DNA of 58,355 bases from Tubiluchus corallicola (Eukaryota > Animalia > Priapulida). Location: contig JAQGDQ010000799.1 of NCBI GenBank assembly GCA_030141605.1, positions 36,210-94,564 of the forward strand, in the 5' to 3' direction. The stretch's first letter is position 1. Each line of letters opens with the position of its first letter. The notes below the pieces were generated by a model, which worked only from the letters and a program-made list of their open reading frames with translations, did no database searches and was not told where the DNA came from. This document shows, in pieces, positions 50,325-58,355 of this stretch. The translations under genes were made by a program, and so were the position numbers.

Positions 50325-51113
50325 CTAGTCTAGTCTAGTCTAGTCTAGTCTAGTCTAGTCTAGTCTAGCCTAGCCTAGCCTAGCCTAGCCTAGCCTAGCC
50401 TAGCCTAGCCTAGCCTAGCCTAGACTAGTCTAGTCTAGTCTAGTCTGATGTAGTCTAGTCTAATCTGATCTAGTCTAATCTAATCTGATGTAGTCCAATA
50501 TAATATAATCTAGCCTAGTCTAATCTGATCTGATCTAATCTGATGTAATCTAATCTGATCTAATCTGATCTAATCTAATCTGATCTAATCTAATCTGATC
50601 TAATCTAATCTAATCTGATGTAATCTAATCTGATCTAATCTGATCTAATCTAATCTAATCTAATCTAATCTAATCTAATCTAATCTAATCTAATCTAATC
50701 TAATCTGATCTAATCTGATCTGATCTAATCTGATCTAATCTGATCTGATCTAATCTGATCTGATCTAATCTGATGTAATCTAATCTGATGTAATCTGATC
50801 TGATCTGATGTAATCTGATCTGATCTGATCTGATCTGATCTGATCTGATGTAATCTGATCTGATCTGATCTGATCTGATCTGATCTGATCTGATCTGATC
50901 TGATCTGATCTGATCTGATCTGATCTGATCTGATCTGATCTGATCTGATCTGATCTGATCTGATCTGATCTGATCTGATCTGATCTGATCTGATCTGATC
51001 TGATCTGATCTGATCTGATCTGATCTGATCTGATCTGATCTGATCTGATCTGATCTGATCTGATCTAATCTAATCTAATCTGATCTAATCTAACCTAACC
51101 TAACCTAATCTAA
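50325..51113. repeat. Compound pentanucleotide microsatellite (CTAGT, CTAGC, CTAAT, CTGAT, CTAAC)
   Basis: Direct reading. Confidence 0.96.
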
Positions 51114-51292
51114 TATGCTGCATGAGGGTTGTATCTGATGGCCTTCAGTCGGTTAAACATGTATAGAATAAGTGAACTGTTTACATTACTAGTGCACTTT
51201 TTAGAACACAGCACGGAATGCTTTAATGCATCAAATTTGGCTAAAATTTGCCGACAAAATAAAAATTTGTCTTGAGCAAAGTAAAAAAAATT

Positions 51293-51742
51293 GTCGTTAA
51301 AGCAAAACGTGCGTCGTTAAGTGAAAAAAGGTGTCAAATGGTCAGCGTCGTTAAAACAAAACGTGCGTCGTTAAGTGAAGAAAGGTGTCAAATGGTCAGC
51401 GTCGTTAAAGCAAAACGTGCGTCGTTAAGTGAAGAAAGGTGTCAAATGGTCAGCGTCGTTAAAACAAAACGTGCGTCGTTAAGTGAAGAAAGGTGTCAAA
51501 TGGTCAGCGTCGTTAAAACAAAACGTGCGTCGTTAAGTGAAGAAAGGTGTCAAATGGTCAGCGTTGTTAAAACAAAATGTGCGTCGTTAAGTGAAGAAAG
51601 GTGTCAAATGGTCAGCGTCGTTAAAGCAAAACGTGCGTCGTTAAGTGAAGAAAGGTGTCAAATGGTCAGCGTTGTTAAAACAAAATGTGCGTCGTTAAGT
51701 GAAGAAAGGTGTCAAATGATCAGCGTCGTTAAAACAAAACGT
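51293..51742. repeat. 54-bp tandem repeat, ~8 copies, from a Tigger-like subterminal region
   Basis: Unit GTCGTTAAARCAAAACGTGCGTCGTTAAGTGAAGAAAGGTGTCAAATGGTCAGC, followed by the terminus TTAAGCAGGACTTACTG|ta at ~51775. Confidence 0.93.
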
Positions 51743-51805
51743 TTCTAAATGGGGAGTCATTAAGCAGGACTTACTGTACTATATAAATCAAGTAAGCGAT
51801 ATTAC

Positions 51806-51875
51806 CTCAGAGTGGAATTTGAAGCAAACGTCTTGCTACTAGGAAGTTTATTCGCTACTGTCTTACTTACATCAC
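51806..51875 (-). CDS. ZCCHC14: ZCCHC14/2-like exon (linker)
   Basis: tttacag|..|gtaata; DVSKTVANKLPSSKTFASNSTL; phase 1-2. Confidence 0.78.
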
Positions 51876-51970
51876 CTGTAAAATATTAACACATCAGACG
51901 TCAAATGAAATTTTATCTGAACATAGCAAGTACAAGAATGCATTGAAAGATTTGCTTTTTAGTGTCTAAC

Positions 51971-52128
51971 CTTGTGAAGAGATGTCGCTCTCTACGCAGT
52001 CGGTTTGAACGAAACAGCCGCTCTCGTCGACGGATTTGCACTCCGATGATGAATTGACTAGATGACCATGAAAGAATGTGGAAATATGATTACAGTGAAT
52101 CAGTCGTTCAGGGAGATCAACAATTTGC
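51971..52128 (-). CDS. ZCCHC14: ZCCHC14/2-like exon (end of PX-like domain)
   Basis: tttcag|..|gttaga; QIVDLPERLIHCNHISTFFHGHLVNSSSECKSVDESGCFVQTDCVESDISSQ; phase 2-1. Confidence 0.82.
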
Positions 52129-52414
52129 CTGAAATTTCAATCAGTTTATACATTTTAAGAAACCATAAAACTATTGTCTCTACTTTTAACTCTTTTTTGT
52201 CATTTTTTTTGCGCTTTCCCACCACAAGTTTGCTCTTTCCTTGCACAGATGGAAATTTGTAGTCATGTGGTTCCAGAATCTGCACAAATTTTGCGGAATG
52301 CGGATTTTTGATGCCTAAAATCACAGATTTTATGCGGAATTGCAGAGTGCAAAAGCCACGAGGTAAATTTTCAATTCTTATGCACAGAAAGTTTACCCTA
52401 TTTCAGTACATTTT

Positions 52415-52778
52415 TTGTTAAGCATTTGTTAAGCATCGTCCTTGCTTGTTAAGCACTCGTTAAGTATTTCCCTTGCTTGTTAAGCACTCGTCAAGCATTC
52501 CCTTGCTTGTTAAGCATTTGTTAAGCATTTCCCTTGCTTGTTAAGCACTCGTTAAGCATTTCCCTTGCTTGTTAAGCACTCGTTAAGCATTTCCCTTGCT
52601 TGTTAAGCACTCGTTAAGCATTTTCCTTGCTTGTTAAGCACTCGTTAAGCATTTCCCTTGCTTGTTAAGCACTCGTTAAACATTTCCCTTGCTTGTTAAG
52701 CACTCGTTAAGCATACCCCTAGCTTGTTAAGCACTCGTTAAGCATCGCCCTGGCTTGTTAAGCATGTCCTAGCTTGTT
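52415..52778. repeat. 31-bp tandem repeat, ~12 copies
   Basis: Unit TTGCTTGTTAAGCACTCGTTAAGCATTTCCC. Confidence 0.93.
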
Positions 52779-53365
52779 GACACATTAAATGCCTTTCATC
52801 ACCTCTTTAATTCAAGAAGCCCTCATCACAGCTTGCTTTTTTGCTGCTTCTTGATGTTTTACCTCCAGACTCAAAACATGGCTTATAATTGAAAATACTA
52901 CAGTTTTTTACTGGTCTGTGGTGTGATGGGTACGATACTGAAGTGATCCATGTACATCGTGCAGTGTGAGTTATCGTTGAAGGTTTACAAGCAAGATTCT
53001 GGCTAGTAATTTATCATTGATTAGTGATTGTAACTCCTAGCTGCATACAAAAAAACGGTTTTTAACAATAGGGCACACATGGCAAGTCTAGTTTTTGCCT
53101 ACATTTTTGCAGATATGGATGATATTCAAATTTCACTCAATCCGCAGATTTAGTGGACGCGGATAAATAAGAATATGACAACCGCCCATCTCTGCTTTCT
53201 TGTTCACAATTATAAATACAATTGTAAAAAATTTCATGAAATCGTTTTTGTTCGTTTCATTCGGAAAATGTCTATAATTATTTCACTTCTGCTCATTAGT
53301 TATAAAACCAAACATTTGCGTAGGGAAAGTACATATAGGTGTGTGCTGTAAGCACAGATGGATTA

Positions 53366-53840
53366 CAGTGTTCCCTCGCTACTTCGCGGTTCATTTACCG
53401 CGGTATTTTCGCTGTTTCTTGGGTTTTTGCGGAACTCCGTCTAAAGTATTTTTGCACATGCTTAGTACGTATTATACAGCAATGCATAGATTTGATGAAT
53501 TTTGCGAAATGTATAAACATATATTAAAAATATTAATTCTAACATTAAAAGAATATTATAAATCATAAAAAATTACCATTTACAGTAAATAGTGTATCTA
53601 TTTGGCGGATGAATACACACCAAAAACGAAATGTGGTACTTGCGCCCGCTTGAGATGCTACTTGCCGACGTGAAATTGTACACAACACACGATTGGTATG
53701 TATAAGAGTGTGAGGAGAGTTTATAAGGACTTAAAACAATGTATAACTACTAAAATAACTATAGCGTCCCCACTTTGCGGAAATTCACTTATCGCGGGTG
53801 GTCCTGGAACGGAACACCCACGATAAGTGAGGGAACACTG
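53366..53840. mobile_element. Tc1/mariner (pogo/Tigger-like) MITE
   Basis: ta|CAGTGTTCCCTCGCT ... AGTGAGGGAACACTG|ta. Confidence 0.9.
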
Positions 53841-53882
53841 TAATTACAGGTGCGACGACGCATTATAACGAACTATTCATAC

Positions 53883-53955
53883 CTGAAATATTCCTGTATC
53901 TTTGGTAAATAATCTTCCGGAGCCTCTTCCTTGTGACTTTGCAACTGTCTGTATC
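53883..53955 (-). CDS. ZCCHC14: ZCCHC14/2-like exon
   Basis: tttacag|..|gtatga; YRQLQSHKEEAPEDYLPKIQEYF; phase 1-2. Confidence 0.82.
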
Positions 53956-54108
53956 CTGTAAAAAGCATAAAATTCTATTTTTCCTTCATACAATGGCAAG
54001 TACAAAAATGCAAAAAGGAAAAAAAATTACTGAAAAAAAAACTGCTTAAAGGAACGAAACTGTTGTGATTCTACAAGTAGGGTAGGTATAAGTGGAAAAA
54101 TTATGAAC

Positions 54109-54175
54109 CTGGCAAATATGGTATGTGCCTCTCCTGTCGATGTGCTCCAGCATCTTCCGGGAAAAGTTTAAGTAA
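54109..54175 (-). CDS. ZCCHC14: ZCCHC14/2-like exon (PX-like)
   Basis: tttccag|..|gttcat; LLKLFPEDAGAHRQERHIPYLP matches the PX FP.EAG...R.IP.LP motif; phase 0-1. Confidence 0.85.
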
Positions 54176-54489
54176 CTGGAAAAAAAACAGGTCCGGATAT
54201 TAGCAAAATTCGTGCTTTGCTATACATCAAAACATTTGACATTGTACATTAACAAGGCAAATTTATGCAAGCAACCCTTCCTATACTAAATGCAGCAAAA
54301 ATAACAGTTGAAGAATATTACAGAAAACTACAGTACCATTTACCATAGTTGTTGTTAAATACCTAGTGCTTAGCCTAGATCGCATATTTTAAACCAAAAC
54401 ATTTAACTGAGATAAGATCTCACCAACTCTGAAATAACCACAGCAGCTATCATAAGTGATGACGTAAAAAGGGAAGGGCTGAGAGAGAA

Positions 54490-54927
54490 GGGCTGAGATC
54501 CGTTAAGTTTTATGACTAACCATTTAACCGTTCCCGATGACGTCATACATATAAGAAAATTTCGAACACGCGTGACTTGCACAAGTAAGCGGTGTGGTTC
54601 AAATCTAGCATGCACCAGCGACAATGTTCAACATGGCGGCGTAAGATCGCCATGTTGTAAGATACGCGAGTGAAAAACTTTTTGGATATTACCATTTAGA
54701 TGCTTCTTAAACAACAAGATTAATTGAAACAATGTTGTAAATAGTAGAATTTTATGTAAGCACAGCATTGCTAACTACCTACACCAACTCAGAAAAGATA
54801 CAAGGTTTCATTAATGCGGATACGTAGAAAACTTGGCCAAGTAACGGTTAAACTGTTAGTGATTTTTTTAAATGGTTACACTAATTAAAACTCGGTTAAA
54901 CATTTATACGGCTAACCGTCTCAGCCT
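54490..54927. mobile_element. MITE with GGCTGAGA termini (second copy, inverted)
   Basis: GGGCTGAGA ... TCTCAGCCT; long reverse-complement match to 26597-27040. Confidence 0.75.
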
Positions 54928-54957
54928 TAAAAACATATTTCGTATACGTATTATTAA

Positions 54958-55672
54958 CCCTTTCACTACGGAAGGCGGCACACCGCCACCTATGTTTTCA
55001 TGCAAGGGACGGAAGGTAGTAGACTGCCACCCAAGCTCAGCACAAAGCGCAGTCACCCAGGTCTGTTTATTTCACTGCTACGGTCATGCAAAAACTTTGC
55101 AGAAAAGTTTAACAGCCGTGGGATTGAGGTTGCTTCGCAACAAGTAATGCTAACCGGCCAATCAGCATCTGAAGCCAGGTGCATTCCGGGTGCAATACTG
55201 TACTGTATGGTACGTTCTCATGCAAAATCACTTGTAGATCGTTGATGAAACGTATGTTTAGTTGATTGTTCTGCATTCTTATAAAATGGTTGCATATTAT
55301 AGATTAGTATTGTGTGTTTTACGAAAACTGGTTTCTAAATATAAGTACATGGTTATGAGGGTGTGCACGTGTGTGTGTGTGTGTGTGTGTGTGCGTGTGT
55401 GCGTGCGTGTGTGCGCGCGTGTTGTATGCATGTGCGCGCAAGCGTGCGTGCATGTGTGCGTGTGTATGTGCTGTGTGCATGAGTGCATGTACGGATGCTC
55501 GTATATGTTTGTATGTGTAGAAATAAAACTAATATTCAATATTATTACTCAATAACGAACAACTATTTGTTTTTTTTACAAAAATCTGTTTTAGTAACAC
55601 ATCACAAGAAGTTATTGTCAAATGTGCAAAGCCAATGTGGCCCGGTTAAAAACCAACCAAGTAGTGAAAGGG
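54958..55672. mobile_element. piggyBac-like MITE containing a (GT)n tract
   Basis: ttaa|CCCTTTCACTAC ... GTAGTGAAAGGG|ttaa: perfect 12-bp TIR and TTAA TSD. Confidence 0.92.
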
Positions 55673-55769
55673 TTAAGTGATTTATGTTTGATTACACGTT
55701 TCGGATCATACACCTTGAATGTGAAATAAAAAGTTAAATTCAAATACAAAAAATCGTAAATATTATCAC

Positions 55770-55841
55770 CTTATTATGAAAGTCCAAAAGCTCTTGGGGA
55801 CTCTTCGACACTTCTGTTAAAGTGGAGTCAGACCAAGTCAC
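55770..55841 (-). CDS. ZCCHC14: ZCCHC14/2-like exon (PX-like)
   Basis: catag|..|gtgata; VTWSDSTLTEVSKSPQELLDFHNK resembles the PX V.WSD....V.RS..E..F pattern; phase 0-0. Confidence 0.82.
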
Positions 55842-55940
55842 CTATGATAAATTGTTTATTTTATAATGTAAACAATTGTTTTCTTATCTTCAATCATGAT
55901 AAACAAGCATAGGAATTTATTGAAGAAATTGCAATCTTAA

Positions 55941-56543
55941 AGGAAAACTGCACACAAACATAAACTACAGTAAAACACAAAACAACCTACCCCTATAAAA
56001 TATTGAAATGGAACTAACTATTTTTTTCAAAAATGGCTTCTTGTAACCACAGAATTATTACCACAGAAATGTAATTATGCATTTCCCGTTCGGTAGTTAG
56101 ATGGGCACTAGCGCCTGCATGTTGGAAATGTGTTGCACAAAAAACATATGCTGCACCTCTCAGTTCAGAGGTGTTTAGTTGTGATGTAGTGCACACACTG
56201 GACAGCTCATACATGAGCACAAGTGCTCAGTAACCTTGAAATTTGAATTTTAAACTTAAAATTTGAAAAATGTTTGTATGTCACACTGAATGTGTTACTG
56301 TACCGTAATTTTCGCTTTCGTAAACACGTGCAACACGCTCGTGAAAAGTTTGCTTTTTGCAAATCATCTTCACTAATGATGTCATCACTAGTTTGACTCA
56401 CCTGTCGCTAATTAAGTTTCTAACCTGTCATTTAATTATCATTTAATTATCAAAATGTTTTGATTTTCTGTTACAGGTGTTAAATGTATACTTTTTACCG
56501 TACTTCAAAATGGGGTAGGATATGAAAAATTATCCTGTTTTGT
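55941..56543 (+). mobile_element. TTAA-flanked MITE, family K2 (Kolobok-like)
   Basis: ttaa|AGGAAAAC...GTTTTGT|ttaa; fragments recur at ~750-822, ~2277-2365, ~3095-3415, ~17165-17460 and ~45770-45870. Confidence 0.65.
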
Positions 56544-56880
56544 TTAAGAATTAAATAATAAGTGAACTAAACAAACTAAGTACATGCAGTAACTATTCAA
56601 AGCACCAAGTATTGAAGTAACTTTTACATCAAAGAAGGAAATGGTTACCAGTTTTCAATTTAATATTTTAACATTAAACAATTCTTCTTTCATTATGCTG
56701 TCATGTTGTAAATTTGTTAAAAAATTCTTACTGAAACTTTGATTTACATCAGCTTGTGGGCATTTTCATAATAAAGACAAAACTGAACTAATTTCACAGT
56801 AAGGATGTGATAAGAGTCCATTGATAAAAGAATCCCAGTTGAAATGATCAGTTTATCATGAAAACAACAAGCAGTCTCAC

Positions 56881-56951
56881 CCGTAAGTGATATTCTGACC
56901 GTCGGTCAGTTTTCCGTCGATGTCCGTATACGTTGATATCTTTCACATACA
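56881..56951 (-). CDS. ZCCHC14: ZCCHC14/ZCCHC2-like protein, exon starting the PX-like domain
   Basis: ttttag|..|gtgaga on -; YVKDINVYGHRRKTDRRSEYHLR; phase 1-0, joins the VTWSD exon in frame. Confidence 0.7.
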
Positions 56952-57188
56952 CTAAAACAAAAAATGTGAGAAATGAAATTCAGAAATATTCCTCCTCTTG
57001 CTGCAGTAAACAGCTGGTGAACAGAAAACAAATCTGCAAACTGAAGACATATGTGGTTTTGACACGTGATTGGTATTGAGTGATTGCTGTAGTTCTGCAT
57101 GATTAAACAAGCAAATTAAAACAACATATTCTACTATTTAAAAATAACATATTATAAATACATACAAACTACCTAACAAAAGCATAAA

Positions 57189-58355
57189 AACTCTAGCTAG
57201 TGAGTTAGGAAAGGCGTTACACAGGGATTTTAGAGATCCCATGTATCTTACATTCGAGTATGACTCATTGTAACTCTAGCTAGTGTGTTAAGAAAGGCAT
57301 TACACAGGGATTTAAGAGATCCTATGTATCTCACATTCGAGTATGACTCATTGTAACTCTAGCTAGTGAGTTAGGAAAGGCATTACACAGGGATTTAAGA
57401 GATCCTATGTATCTCACATTCGAGTATGACTCATTGTAACTCTAGCTAGTGAGTTAGGAAAGGCATTACACAGGGATTTTAGAGATCCTATGTATCTCAC
57501 ATTCGAGTATGACTCATTGTAACTCTAGCTAGTGAGTTAGGAAAGGCGTTACACAGGAATTTTAGAGATCATATGTAGCTCACATTCGAGTATGACTCAT
57601 TGTAACTCTAGCTAGTGAGTTAAGAAAGGCATTACACAGGGATTTTAGAGATCGTATGTATCTCACATTCGAGTATGACTCATTGTAACTCAAGCTAGTG
57701 AGTTAAGAAAGGCGTTACACAGGAATTTTAGAGATCCTATGTATCTCACATTCGAGTATGACTCATTGTAACTCAAGCTAGTGAGTTAAGAAAGGCGTTA
57801 CACAGGAATTTTAGAGATCATATGTAGCTCACATTCGAGTATGACTCATTGTAACTCTAGCTAGTGAGTTAAGAAAGGCATTACACAGGGATTTTAGAGA
57901 TCGTATGTATCTCACATTCGAGTATGACTCATTGTAACTCTAGCTAGTGAGTTAGGAAAGGCTTTACACAGGGATTTTAGAGATCATATGTAGCTCACAT
58001 TCGAGTATGACTCATTGTAACTCTAGCTAGTGAGTTAAGAAAGGCATTACACAGGGATTTTAGAGATCGTATGTATCTCACATTCGAGTATGACTCATTG
58101 TAACTCTAGCTAGTGTGTTAAGAGAGGCGTTACACAGGGATTTTAGAGATCCTATGTATCTCACATTCGAGTATGACTCATTGTAACTCTAGCTAGTGAG
58201 TTAAGAAAGGCGTTACACGGGGATTTTAGAGATCCTATGTATCTCACATTCGAGTATGACTCATTGTAACTCTAGCTAGTGAGTTAAGAAAGGCATTACA
58301 CAGGGATTTTAGAGATCCTATGTATCTCACATTCGAGTATGACTCATTGTATCTC
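57189..58355. repeat. 83-bp tandem repeat, ~14 copies, running to the window end
   Basis: Unit AACTCTAGCTAGTGAGTTAAGAAAGGCATTACACAGGGATTTTAGAGATCCTATGTATCTCACATTCGAGTATGACTCATTGT. Confidence 0.96.

Noticed and set aside
41683-51777. One 10-kb Tigger element that captured host exons
   Set aside because: The enclosed exons are in phase with exons outside on both sides, so two independent insertions are more likely; no transposase ORF.
52244-53194. hAT-like element enclosing the 31-bp array (CACAGATGG...CCATCTCTG)
   Set aside because: The TIR match is short and the putative 8-bp TSD has two mismatches; too weak to call.

Overview
AT-rich animal (probably invertebrate) genomic DNA with spliceosomal introns, dense in repeats; nothing here looks prokaryotic. 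I reconstructed three protein genes by hand from splice sites and reading phase. (1) The five 3' exons of a NEDD4-family WWP/ITCH/Su(dx)-type HECT E3 ligase on + (24954-35255); I could not find its upstream exons in the preceding 25 kb. (2) A ZCCHC14/ZCCHC2-like gene on - (12 exons, 56951 down to 40230) encoding PX-like, Smaug-type SAM, Q/P-rich and C-terminal CCHC-knuckle regions, tail-to-tail with the HECT gene. (3) A CD225/dispanin exon on - (15381-15521). A few weak + strand exon candidates lie in 1-12.5 kb. The rest is non-autonomous DNA transposons (hAT-, Tc1/pogo-, piggyBac- and Kolobok-like MITEs), tRNA-derived SINE-like pieces, a LINE 3' end, microsatellites and about 18 minisatellite arrays. 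The most notable structure is that many arrays start at or overlap splice junctions. The clearest case is the 3' splice acceptor of the HECT catalytic exon, present as 12 tandem copies of which only the last gives an intact ligase. Most long ORFs in the supplied track are repeat artefacts.
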